Assembly: GCA_963815195.1 (NCBI GenBank)
Contig: CAWFGE010000013.1
Coordinates: 512,001-576,000, forward strand
Length of the DNA stretch: 64,000 nucleotides
Source: an uncultured Planctomycetaceae bacterium
GTDB lineage: Bacteria > Planctomycetota > Planctomycetia > Planctomycetales > Planctomycetaceae
Reading direction: 5' to 3'
The notes beneath the pieces are model-generated. The model made no database searches and was not told the origin of the DNA. It saw only the letters and a list, made by a program, of their open reading frames with translations. The translations under genes were made by a program, and so were the position numbers. Shown here in pieces: positions 20,627 to 32,264 of this stretch (position 1 is the stretch's first letter; every line of letters starts with the position of its first letter).

Positions 20627-21935
20627 ATGGCCATTCATCAAACTTGCGACGGAATGAAACGACGGGATTTCCTGAAAGCCGGTGCCTTGGGCGCGGGCGG
20701 GCTGACCTTGTCCAGCTATCTCCAACTGGCCCAAGCCGGCGATGTCCGCGATGATGCCCCCGCCAAAGCCGCGATCTTCATCAACCTCACCGGCGGCCCG
20801 ACGCACATGGACACCTTCGACTTGAAGCCGGACGCCCCGGCCGAGTACCGCGGGTTGTTCAATCCCATCAAGACCAACGTCGACGGCATCGAAATCTGCG
20901 AGCATATGCCCAAGCTCGCCCAGACGATGGATAAGTTCGTGATCCTCCGCGGCGTGTCCCACACTTTGGGGGCCCACCAACTGGGAACCGAATACGTCAA
21001 CACCGGCAACCGGCCGCTGCCTTCGATCGAATACCCCGGCTACGGTGCCGTGGCGACGAAAGAAGCGAAAACCATCGAACCGGACCTGCCCCCGTTCGTC
21101 TCCGTGGGCAACTCCAACCAGAAGCCTGGCTTTCTGGGCGTGAAATACGCGGCCCTCAACACCGGCTCCACGCCGCGCCGGGCAACCGTTCAGCGTGCGG
21201 GGCATCACCCTGGGCAACGGCGTCACCATCAAAGAAATCGAAAAACGCCAAACACTCTTGGGCGATCTCGACAAGACCTTCCAAGGCTTCGAAAAGGACA
21301 GCCAACTCCTCGAAGGCCTGGATCAGTTCGGCGAGCAAGCCTACGCGATGATCACCTCCAAGCGGGCCCGGGAAGCCTTCGACACCAGCAAGGAAGATCC
21401 CGCCTACGCCGCGCCGTTCGGCGATTCGCCCTTCGGGATGAGCTGCCTCCTCGCCAGCCGGCTCGTGGAAAGCGGCGTGCGGTTCGTCACCTTGACTTTG
21501 GGCGGTTGGGACACCCACCAAAACAACTTCTCCAAGCTGAAGGACAGTTTGCTGCCCACGCTCGACGCCGGCTTGTCCTCGCTGTTTAGCGGGCTTGCTC
21601 AAAAAGGCCTGCTGGAATCGACGGCGATCTTCGTCACCGGCGAGTTCGGCCGCACGCCGAAAATCAACAACCGCAGCGATCCGGGCGGCCGGGACCACTA
21701 TCCCCGCTGCATGTTCATGCTCCTGGCGGGCGGCGGGATCAAGGGCGGCCAGGTCATCGGCAAAAGCGACGACAAAGCCACCCAACCGGCCGACGAAGTC
21801 ATCACCCCGGACGACGCCGCGGCCAGCTTCTATTACGCCTTGGGCATCGATTCCAAGAAAGAATACCACACCAACATCGGCCGCCCGATCACGATCGTCC
21901 GCAACGGCAACGTGATCGAAAAACTGTTTGGATGA
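20627..21935 (+). CDS. DUF1501 family protein, frameshift near 21178
   Basis: 'RRDFLKAG', 'GGPTHMDTFDLKP', 'GGWDTH', 'GEFGRTP', 'RDHYP'. Confidence 0.88.
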
Positions 21936-21967
21936 TTGGTCCGTCGTCCTGCTGATTTTTGAAATTG

Positions 21968-22011
21968 AAAACAGGCTCCGGGGAGTTCTTCACCTCGGAG
22001 CCTGTTTTTTT
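21968..22011 (+). terminator. Rho-independent terminator
   Basis: AAAACAGGCTCCG..CGGAGCCTGTTTTTTT. Confidence 0.8.
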
Positions 22012-22151
22012 GTCAAAGGCCGGACTGCTGACAACGGACGACCAGATTTCCCCCCAGGAATCCCTTGCGTCTCGGCCTGGGGGCGATACACTGATGTGGA
22101 TAATGTCGTCTCGAATTGCCCACACGGATTGCGTTTCCAAGGGGGGAAACA

Positions 22152-24435
22152 GTGGCTCAGGTGTTGATGCTGCCTGCGGAACTGGAGGAAATCACCGATC
22201 CACCGCAGGAAGAGGATGAACTCTTAACGGCTGACGAACTCGATACAATTTCGCTGTTCTCGTCGCTGCAAAAAGGCGGGCCGGATTTTCGCCGGTTTCC
22301 GAGCACGACGGTTCTCCGCCGCTGCCGGAAGGGGCGGGTGATTTGCGAGCAGGGCGAAAGCGGCTCGACGGCGTATTTCATTTTGACGACCGAGGATGTG
22401 CTCAAGCTTCGCGAGGTGCAAAAGAGCCTGTTGGAAGCGACGATCCAAGGCAAGGTCGAGGGCAAGCCGGAGTTCGAGCTGCATCCGTATTTCGTCCGGT
22501 ATACGCCGGCGGAACTCGAAGACCGGCTCGCCGAAGTCACCCAGGAAATCGCCGAGCTCAAACAGCGGCTGCATACGCTGCCTCCCTTGGAAGGCGAAAA
22601 CGGTCCGCAGCGGGAAGTGGCCGCGGCGCACCTGTTCGTCAATTTGGATGGCGAGAAAAAGCGTAAAGGCCTCTTGCACCGGATGTTTTCGAAACTCGGC
22701 GGCGGGAAACGGAAACGCCGGATGAATCCCGCGAACATCCTCATCGACGGCCCGGCCGTCATCAGCTCCGCAGACGCTCCGGGGCCCGTTGCACGAAGGG
22801 GAACTCCTGGGCGAGATGAGCTGCATGAACCGGGCCCCGCGGTCGGCCACGGTGCTCGCCGAGCAAGAGTGCTATATGCTGGAAATGCTTCGCAACGTGC
22901 TGGACATGCTGCAGAAGGATCAGGCGTATAAAGAGCGCACGGACGCCATGTACCGCAAGCGGGTGATGGAAACGCACGTCCGGCGGCTCTCGGTGTTTGA
23001 GAATCTCGGCGACGAGGATTTCGAGAAGCTCAAGCAGGCCATCGAACTGGTGGAGTTCGAGTCCGGGCAGACGATCTTCGAGGAAGGCGAACCTTCGGAT
23101 TGTTTCTACGTGATCCGCAGCGGATTGGTGAAGGTCATCAAAAACGCCTGGTACGAATTCCGCAAGGAAGAGTTCCAAGACGAGCATTGGAAGAATCTCG
23201 CCCAGGAATTCGACGACGCGAACGACGAAGACGCCGACATGCGGCAGGCCGTCAAGGAGATGCTCTCCGACGAAGCCCAAGCCGCCTTGGGGGCGGCCAA
23301 GAAAGGCGGAAAGCTCTCCGACGAACATCAGCAGGCGCTGATCGGAAGTCTGAACGAGTTCATCCGCGACGCGAAGCTGCACGAGCAGCTTGGCAAAACC
23401 CGCAAAGAGGTTTTGGAGGTCATCCGCGGGCCGCAGTTGGAAGTCACCATCGCCGAGTATGCCAAGGAAACCAAGAAGTGGTCGGTGCTCGAGTACCGCA
23501 TCTTCCACCGGGCGCTGTTGGAGCGGCTGTTTCCCGGCGGCCTCCCCCGCCAGTTGGAAAAAGCGGGGCCCAGGCGGACGCTGGCCTATTTGGGCCGGGG
23601 GGAGATCATCGGGGAAATGGGCGTGTTTACGGATCCGCCCAGCGCCCGCAGCGCGACATGCGTGGCTTACGACCATCCCGACAGCGGGTTCCAACAGCGG
23701 ATTCCCGACGGGCGGATGGGCGCGGTGCCGTCGCGGGTCGAATTGGTCAAAATCAAGCGGGCCGAGTTCCAGCAGATGCGAAAATCCTCGCCCGCGATCG
23801 ATGCGAAGATCCGCGATTTGATCACGATTCGGAAATTGCAACAGGCGGAAACACAGGACCTGCGGATCGGCGAGTCGGCGGGGATTGCCCCCCAAAGCCG
23901 GGAGTTCGAGCGGCTGGGCCTGATCCAGGGCCAGAAGCTGATGCTGATCGACCTGGACCGCTGCACCCGCTGCAATGCCTGCGTAGAAGCGTGCGTCGCG
24001 TCGCACGAAGACGGCCGCACGCGGTTGTATTTGGACGGCCCGCGGTACGACAAGTTTCTCGTCCCCTTGACCTGCCGAAAGTGCCTGGATCCCGTGTGCA
24101 TGATCGGCTGCCCGGTGGGTTCGATCAATCGGGGCGAGAACGGAGAGATCGTCATTCGGGACTGGTGCATCGGCTGCCGGATGTGCGCCGAGCAGTGCCC
24201 GTACGGCTCGATTCAAATGAACGAACTGCGGACGCCCATCGAATTGACGCTGGAGCAAAAGACGATCATCGGGCCGGAGGCGACGCTCAAAGCGGTCGGC
24301 GAGCAAGCGGTGGTTTGCGATTTGTGCAGTTCGCTGCCCAGCAAGGATCCGTCGTGCTGCTACGCCTGCCCGCACGATGCCGCCTTCCGCGTCAACGCTC
24401 AGGAGTTTTTCTTCCAGGACAGTGGGAAAGCGTAA
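22152..24435 (+). CDS. Two cyclic-nucleotide-binding domains + C-terminal 4x[4Fe-4S] (DmsB/NrfC-like) domain, frameshift near 22770
   Basis: 'ICEQGESG..AYFI'/'GELLGEM...PRSATV'; 'IFEEGEPSDCFYVIRSG'/'GEIIGEM...RSAT'; Cys groups CTRCNAC...C, CRKC....C...CP, CIGCRMC...CP, CDLC...C...CP. Confidence 0.9.
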
Positions 24436-24436
24436 T

Positions 24437-24582
24437 GGCGAGCGGGGGGGCGTGAGTCCCCTGGTTCTGTGAAAACGCTGAATTCACCGATGAATGGAAT
24501 GCCTTCCACATGAAAACCCCTAAGAGATCCCGGATCTTGAGAGACTCGCGAATGACCAGGGGGCTCACGCCCCCCGCTCGCC
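24437..24582. repeat. REP-like inverted repeat inside the redox operon
   Basis: GGCGAGCGGGGGGGCGTGAGTCCCCTGGT (24437-24465) / ACCAGGGGGCTCACGCCCCCCGCTCGCC (24555-24582). Confidence 0.8.
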
Positions 24583-24601
24583 TGAGCATAAAGGAACTCG
24601 C

Positions 24602-26759
24602 ATGCTGATCGATCGAACACAACGGACGTGGGCTTGGATTTCGTTCCTCATCTTCCTGGCCGCGACGGGAAGCTATGCCGTCTATGCCGCCACCGTCCCC
24701 AACGGGCCCCACGGCGGCAGCGTGATGGGGCTGATCTACGGGATCATCGGCACCGCGTTTATGGTCTTCGCCGGGCTCTTGGCCGCGCGCAAACGCGTCC
24801 CGCATTGGCGATTGGGCAGCGGCCAATTCTGGCTCCGCGGGCACCTTTGGCTGGGCACCTTGAGCATGCCGCTGATTTTGTACCACGCCGGCTTCGGCTG
24901 GGGCGGGCTATTGGAAAACGTGCTGTGGGTGCTGTTCGGGCTGGTGTTTTTCAGCGGGCTTTACGGCATCCTGGTGCAGCAGGTTTTGCCGCGGATCCTC
25001 ACCACCCGCGTGCCGCTCGAAACCTTCCCCGCCCAGATCCCTTATCAGTGCCAGCGGATGCAGTTTCTGACGGACCATCTGGTCGCGGAAAGCTGCGGGA
25101 AGCTCGACATCCACGATGAGCCGATCTTTCAGACCTTCAAGAAACTCGCCGAGTTCGGAGCGACGGCCGGCCGGGACGAACTTCCCAACTGGCCCGACCA
25201 GGTTCCCGAGGAATTGCGAGGCTTGCTTTTGGATCTTTCCACGCACTGCAAACAACAGGGCTGGATCAGCCAGGTCAATAATTTCCCCAAAATGCTGTCC
25301 GAGATGTATAAGGATGTCGAACCGGAAGAGGCTCCCAAAAAGGCCGCGGCCAAAAAAACAGACGCCGGCGAGAAAAAGCCTTCGCCCCTGGACCAGATGA
25401 AAGCCAAGAAAAAGGCGGCCCCCGCGGAAGGGGCGGAGAAAAAGCTCTCGCCCCTGGAGCAAATGAAGGCCAAAGCCGCGAAGAAGAAAGCCGCCGGAGA
25501 CGAAGGCGGCGAGAAGAAAGCCGCCGAAGGAGGCGGGGAAAAGAAGCTATCCCCCCTCGAGCAGATGCGCGCGAAAGCCGCGAAGAAAAAAGCCGCCGAA
25601 GAGGGAGGGGCCGAAAAGAAAGCCGCGGAAGGCGGCGGGGAAAAGAAGCTTTCCCCCCTCGAGCAGATGCGCCGCGAAAGCCGCCGCCAAGAAGAAATCC
25701 GCCGAAGAAGGAAGCGGATCAGAAGCCAAAAAGCCGTCGCCTTTGGAGCAAGCCCGGGCTCAAGCCGCGGCCAAACAGGGAGGCAACGGGGCAAGGCCGT
25801 CGCCTTTGGAATTGGCCCGCGAGCAGGCGGAGGGCGCGGGCGAATTGGCGGGCATGGCTCCCGAAGACTCCGGGAAGACGATCAACTTTTCTCCCGAGCA
25901 AGCGGCGATCCTCGCCAACGCGGCCCAGGAGCGGCAAGCCAACGGCAGCGGCGAAGCGGCTCAGGAAGGCCCGATCATCGTCCCTTGTCCCGAATGCGAG
26001 CACGAGTTGAAACTGCCCGACCGCAGCCTGCTCGGACGCAAAGCCCGCTGCCCGATGTGCAGCTTCAAATTCATCCTGGAGCTTGCCGAGGAACCGGAAC
26101 CGGAACCGGTGGCCGTGGGCGCCGCGGTGGCGGAAGCAGGCCCGTCCCCATTGAAGCAAGCCATGATGCAGGATGCCGGCAAGCCCGCCCAAAAGCCCGC
26201 GGGCAAAATGTCTCCCCTCGAGCAGATGCGCGCCAAAGCCAAGAAAAAGACCGCCGCCGGCGGGGGAGGCGGAGGCACGGCGACCGCCGAGAAACCCATG
26301 TCGCCCATCGAAAAGATGCGGGCCTCCAAAGCGAAAAAAGCCGCCCCCGCCGCCAAGAAGTCCAAAAAGAAAGCCACGCTCAAGGTCCCCAAAAAAACCA
26401 AGAAAACCTACACCGGCCCGATTCCCCGGGCAGGCGAACTCCGGCAATTCTACCTCCAGCAAATCCGGCCGTTCCTGGGCGTCGACAGCCGCTATAACCC
26501 CCAACTGGCCATCGACGCCCAGTCCAAACGGCTGTTCAACCAGATGCGGTCCGAGTTGCCCGGCGAACTGCACGACACCCTCAATCAACTCGAAGATTCC
26601 GTGGACGAGCGCCGGCAGTTTTCGCTGCAAAGCCGGGTCCATCATTGGCTGCACTGGTGGCTGTATCTGCACATCCCCCTGTCGATGGCGCTCTATCTCC
26701 TCGTCATCGCCCACATCGTCATGGCCCTCATCGTCGATCCCCAACTGTTCTGGGGCTGA
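24602..26759 (+). CDS. Membrane protein, putative di-heme b, with Lys/Ala-rich repeats and zinc ribbon; frameshift near 25671
   Basis: Four N-terminal TM helices and a C-terminal TM helix; two H-x13-H pairs; nine SP[LI]xxxx repeats; CPEC..CPMC. Confidence 0.75.
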
Positions 26760-26833
26760 TGCGGGGCGGAAGGTCGTCTATTGGTCATTGGTAACAGGTC
26801 ATTGGCAACAGGTCATTGGGATTTATCTAAACC

Positions 26834-28521
26834 ATGTCGCAACCGCGTTACAGCCGGCAGTTGTCCGGACGAGTGGAAGTTGAGTTTCATCACCACCCCA
26901 ACCGTTTCCGCCGCTTCACGTGGTGGTCGGCTCTGGTGTGCGTGATTGGCGCGGGGGTCTGGCTGGTCCAGGCGGGGACGCGGGGCGAAAACCGCATCTA
27001 CGAAGCCGGTGCCGTCGCCACCCCGCACGCCATGTTCGAGAACGAATGCCAGCGCTGCCACGTCAACAATTGGGCCCCGCTTCAGCGGCTCACGAGCTTC
27101 ACCGACCAGGTGCATTCCGTGACCAACGAAAAGTGCATCGCCTGCCACATGGGCACGCTGCATCATCAGAATCAGGTGCCGGTGCACGGGGACGGCCCGA
27201 ACGAGTTGTCCTGCGCCAAATGCCACCGGGAACACAAAGGCGACGAAGAACTGGCCCGCGTGACGGACCGCCATTGCACCGACTGCCACGGGAATCTGGA
27301 AACCTCGCCCGGCGCCCGACGTTCGCCAAGCACGTCTGGAGTTTCGAAGTCCCCGAGGGCCATCCGGATTTCAAAATCGAAGAACTCCTCAAGAAGAAGG
27401 ATGGCAACGTCGACATCGCAGAGTCGGATGGCAAACCGATCCACTATGCGTTTCGCGTGCTGGGGTTTTTCTCCCGCGACGGCGAACCCGCCCGCTGGCA
27501 AGACAAGGCCCGCATTCGCTTCAACCACAAGGCCCACCTCAAAGCGATGTTCGACAAGAAGGGCAACCGCATCAAAGGCGAACGCCAGGATGACATCCGC
27601 CACCGCGGAGGCGACAAGGACGGCGAATACATCGGCTATCCGGGAAGCTGCATGGACTGCCACGAGTTCGACGTGGAACGCCGCTATATGAAACCCATCG
27701 TTTACGAGAAACATTGCCAGGAATGCCATCCCCTCACGTTCGACGTGGATAAGTTCACGGAGCAAATCGACCCGGCCACCGGGGAGGCCAAAAAGGTCGC
27801 CGTCACCGTGCCCCACGATCGGACCGACGTGGTGCGGGGGTATCTCTCGAAGGTGTATACGATCGACCCGCTGGGGGAGAAAGCCGACGGGCCAAAGCCG
27901 GCGGAGGACGACCCGCTCGCCGAGCTTCGGCGGGGCTTTCCGGGGCGGGATTTCGAGGCGAGCTTCAACGCCGAAGAGGCCCGGAAGATCCGCGAAAAAC
28001 TCGGCGAGCAGGAAAAAGCCTTGTATCCGCTCGACTTCGTGAAGAACGAACTCGTGCGCCGGGAAGGTCAGAAGGTGCTGTTTAAGGAAAACGGCGCGTG
28101 CGCGCTGTGCCACGACATCGATAAGTCCGAGGACCCGAAAGAGCAGCCGTGGTCGATCGTTTCCCCGCAGATTCCCGACCGTTGGTACAAGCACAGTTGG
28201 TTCCGGCACGACAGCCACCGCATGTTGAGCTGCGTAGAATGCCACAACGACCTCATCAGCGGGCATCCCGTTTACGAAAGCGCCAGCACCGGCGACGTGT
28301 TAATGCCCACCCGCGCCTCGTGCGTCCAGTGCCATCGCACCGGTTTTGTCGAGAAGATCGGCGATAGCGATGTGCACCTGCTTGGGGCCCGCGTGGATTG
28401 TGTGGAATGTCATGGATACCATGATTACAGCAAAGAAGACTTCGACGGGAATCTGAAATTGGATTTGACACGTCAAGAAGAGAAATCCCTTACGACACCG
28501 GCGGGCCACGGATCGAAATAA
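26834..28521 (+). CDS. Membrane-anchored decaheme cytochrome c, frameshift near 27315
   Basis: Ten CXXCH: CQRCH, CIACH, CAKCH, CTDCH, CMDCH, CQECH, CALCH, CVECH, CVQCH, CVECH; N-terminal TM helix. Confidence 0.88.
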
Positions 28522-28738
28522 ACGCTTAGACACCGGCGAATTCCGGACGGGCTTTGCGTGCCTCTTGCGCGCGCCCGTTTGCCATTATTTCCATCGCCGT
28601 GCGAATTGGCCGAGGTCGGACATTCTCCCAAGACGCACGTTACCGATTGGCAACCGATCACGGGCTCATCAGGGGGGATGTCTCGGCCCTCCGCCTTGGC
28701 GGTTCAATCGAAATATCATGAATCGTGGGAATCAAACT

Positions 28739-30290
28739 ATGGGACGTAACCTCGGTCGGCTTTTGATCTGTGTCCCGCCGGCTTTGGCTCTGGGGCTGTT
28801 CTTCCTGGGGGATCGCTCTGCGGGCATCGAACCCGATCCCGGCATCCGCGTTGCATCGGCCACGTCGGATTCCGGTCAGCCCGGCGTCATCCTGCCCGGC
28901 GACTTCGGCGCATCGGGATTATCGGGGCCGAGGTACGTCGGAGCGGCGGGATGCGCGGCGGCGAGCTGCCACGGCGGGGACGGTCTCAAAGGCACCCTGG
29001 GCAGCGAGCACAGCATTTGGATTCAAAAGGACCCGCACGCCGGAGCTTACGCGGTTTTGCTCAATCAGCAGTCCCAGAACATCATCAAACTCCTGAAGAA
29101 CTCCCCGCATTACGCCAAAAGGCTCGAAGGCCGCGAGGCCCACGAGACGCGGTTGTGCCTCGACTGCCATTCGGTCGCCCCCGATGCGTCCCAGTTGGCC
29201 GAGGCGCATAAGTTTTCCCTCCGCGACGGCGTGAGCTGCGAAGGTTGCCACGGGCCGGCGGAAAAATGGCTCGATCCCCACAAGCGCTACGATTGGAAAC
29301 TCAAATCGGACGACGAGAAAGCCGCCCTCGGGTTTTGGAATACCGACAACTTGTTGACCCGCGCGGATTTGTGCCGACTGCCACATCGGGTCGAAAGACC
29401 GCGAAGTCAACCATGACCTGATGGCGGCCGGGCATCCGCGTTTGACCTTCGAGATGGCGGCGTACTTCAGCAATCTGCCCCCGCACTGGAACGCGAACGA
29501 AGACCGCCATCGGCACAAGGCGTTCGAGGCCAAGCTGTGGGCGATCGGCCAGCTTGCCGTGGCGGAGAATTCCGTCGAACTCCTCAAAGAACGGGCGGAA
29601 GACAAACAGTACAAAGTCTGGCCCGAGTTCACCGAATACGGCTGCTACGCCTGCCATCACAATCTCCAGCCCAGCAACTGGCGGCAAGAACGCGGCTTCG
29701 CGGGTCGCCGGCCCGGTGGTTATCCCTGGGGCACCTGGCAGTTCCCGGTGCTGGCGATGGTCTCGCCCGAACTCGCGGCCGGTGAACCGAACCCATTTTT
29801 GAACGACAACAGCGTCTATGAAAAACTCAAAAAGGAAATGAGCCGGCCGCTTCCCGATCGAGACAAAGTCAAGGACCTCGCGGGCCAGATGCAGGCGGAG
29901 TTGGACAAGATCGCGGTGCATTTGAATCAGATGTCCCTTTCCGAGCCGGAAATCTTATCTCTCTTACACAAGGTCGCGGGTCCCGAGGGCGGGCAGAAGC
30001 TCGTGGGACAAAACTGGGACGCCGCGGCCCAGGTTTACCTGGCGACGGTGGCGCTCTATCAAGGCCTCGCGGATGTGGAGGGCCGGGCCGGGCAGATTTC
30101 CGATCGGGACAAAGCGATTTTCGAGCATTTCCAGGCCATCCGGAACAATTTGAAATTTCCCGAAGAAAAACCGGACAAGGGCAAAGCGGTGATTTACAAT
30201 AGCCCCAAGACTTTTGAAGAGACCGCGCCCAATCCTGTGGAAGCGATCAAGAGCCAGTTAAGCGGCATCAATCAAGCTGTGCAGCCATAA
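28739..30290 (+). CDS. Pentaheme cytochrome c (c554-like) with helical C-terminus, frameshift near 29365
   Basis: CAAASCH (CX4CH), CLDCH, CEGCH, CADCH (shifted frame), CYACHH; 'AAGHP'. Confidence 0.85.
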
Positions 30291-30305
30291 AATAAGGATC
30301 AATCC

Positions 30306-32189
30306 ATGTCGAAGCGACGCCTCGTCAATCGCTGTTTGATGGGTGCCGTACTGGCCGTGCCCAGCGCGCTGTTAGGCATCTATTCATTAGGCTACGCCCA
30401 AGAACCCCCGGCCGGGACCTCGCTCTACCAACCCGCCCCAGTGCTGCGCATTGCGCAAGCGGATCCGGAGCCGGCTGCCGACAAAAGCGATCTGGCAAAG
30501 TGGGACGTGCCCGGCGGGATGGCATTGGATCCGGATGCGAAGAAGCGATTGTACTTGGGGCTCGCTGATAGTTGCATCAATTGCCATACACGCAATACCG
30601 CACCCCCCGCCCCCAATGCGCCCCAAATTCGAATTCCAGGATTTCCCGTCGTGACGAATGATGGATGGGCCTTATTGAATGAATCGTACACCTGGGCGGG
30701 GCAAGACAAACATTATGGGTCGTACGCCGTACTTCTCAACGACCGTTCGAAGCGAATGGCTCAAATCTTAAAAATCGTGGATGACGAAGGAAACTCGATC
30801 ATCCATCGCGATCTTCGCTGTATTGCTTGTCATTCAGGAATGCCGATTTATGAGATGAAGCGAGATGAAGGTCGTCCAGGAATGATCGACGAGTCCATGG
30901 TGCAGGATAAACGCTTGAGTTTCGGCGTGAGTTGCGAAGGATGTCATGGGTCAGCGGGGGACGCCGATTCTAATGATAAAATTAAGAGTTGGGTCTCTAT
31001 CCATACCTCGAAAACCGAGTGGCGATATAAAGATCCCCACACGAAGGCAGACGAATATGGTTATTTCGATGTACGTTCACCGGTGTCTCGAAGCAGGATG
31101 TGTCTTTCCTGCCATGTTGGTAATGTGCATGAAGGGCGCGTTGTGACACATGAAATGTACGCCGCTGGACATCCTCCCTTGCCCGGATTTGATGTGGAGA
31201 CGTTTTCTCAACAGGAACCCGCACACTGGCGTAACTTCCATGAAAAACCCAAAAAAATTCGGGACGAGTTTTTAGAGAGCACCAAAACATGGCGAACCAC
31301 GGAATGGAATGAAACCGACCTGCACAACACGAGGGATCTCTTGATCGGCGTCCTGGTCAACTTGAGCGAAATGCTAAAACTCAACGCCAACTTGGCCGAT
31401 TCCGATGTGAAGATCCCCATTGGAAGTAAGACGTGGCAGAGTGACGGGAGCCAACAGTGGCCCGAGCTTGCCCAGTTTGCGTGTTACGCTTGTCATCATG
31501 ATCTGCGCGGCGACGGGTGGCGGATTCAACGGACTCCGATCGGCGTTCCAGGCCGTCCACCTCTCCAGGAATGGCCGTTTGCTCTGACAAAACTCGCCGT
31601 GAAATCCACGGGATCCAATCACGAGGAGCTGTTAACGCTGATTGAAAAAGTGAAACAGGCCGGCGTCGACGGCCCGTTCGGCAACCGTGAGGACTTGAAG
31701 ACCCTGGGGCCCAAATTGGCCGCGCAACTCGATGCCGTGGCAAAGGAATTGGAGCAACGGAACATTCCCAGAGAAGCTGCTCAGCCGTTGCTGCTGGATC
31801 TCATCGAACTCGCTGAAAAGGAAACGTTGGATTACGATTCCGCCCGTCAGTTGGTCTGGGCCTTTCGGGTCATCTATGACGACTGGAAGCGAGACCCGAA
31901 TGACAAGAAAGACTTCTTCGAAATCAAGAAAATTGACGAGGTTCCAGGCTGGTATAGTGCGACGGATAATTTAACCGGTGTCAAGCAGATTCTTGCTGGG
32001 TTTGAGGCAGACATTTTGCTCGATCTCCGCAAAGGCCGTTCGACAATCGGGACTGTCGGCCAAGGCGAGGAAAATGAACGCTTGGTGCTGGAATGGGAGC
32101 CCCAAAAGGCGCTTCCCAAGATCGGAAGCTACAATCCGGAAACGGTTCGAAACAAGCTAATGGAATTAAAGCCAATGCTTATGAAGTAG
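30306..32189 (+). CDS. Pentaheme cytochrome c (c554-like), paralog of the preceding gene
   Basis: Signal peptide; CINCH, CIACH, CEGCH, CLSCH, CYACHH; shared 'GVSCEGCHG', 'AAGHP', 'WPE....CYACHH'. Confidence 0.88.
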   Translation: MSKRRLVNRCLMGAVLAVPSALLGIYSLGYAQEPPAGTSLYQPAPVLRIAQADPEPAADKSDLAKWDVPGGMALDPDAKKRLYLGLADSCINCHTRNTAPPAPNAPQIRIPGFPVVTNDGWALLNESYTWAGQDKHYGSYAVLLNDRSKRMAQILKIVDDEGNSIIHRDLRCIACHSGMPIYEMKRDEGRPGMIDESMVQDKRLSFGVSCEGCHGSAGDADSNDKIKSWVSIHTSKTEWRYKDPHTKADEYGYFDVRSPVSRSRMCLSCHVGNVHEGRVVTHEMYAAGHPPLPGFDVETFSQQEPAHWRNFHEKPKKIRDEFLESTKTWRTTEWNETDLHNTRDLLIGVLVNLSEMLKLNANLADSDVKIPIGSKTWQSDGSQQWPELAQFACYACHHDLRGDGWRIQRTPIGVPGRPPLQEWPFALTKLAVKSTGSNHEELLTLIEKVKQAGVDGPFGNREDLKTLGPKLAAQLDAVAKELEQRNIPREAAQPLLLDLIELAEKETLDYDSARQLVWAFRVIYDDWKRDPNDKKDFFEIKKIDEVPGWYSATDNLTGVKQILAGFEADILLDLRKGRSTIGTVGQGEENERLVLEWEPQKALPKIGSYNPETVRNKLMELKPMLMK

Positions 32190-32198
32190 ATCGCATAC

Positions 32199-32240
32199 GA
32201 AAATCCCCCCGCTTACATTGCTGTCAGGGGGGGGATTTTC
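32199..32240. terminator. Bidirectional terminator between the convergent cytochrome genes
   Basis: GAAAATCCCCCC...GGGGGGATTTTC. Confidence 0.75.
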
Positions 32241-32264
32241 ATTTCCTATTCTGATCGGGTTTCG

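Noticed and set aside
22095..22103. Perfect DnaA box TGTGGATAA upstream of the redox operon
   Set aside because: Single 9-mer without a cluster or unwinding element; compatible with chance
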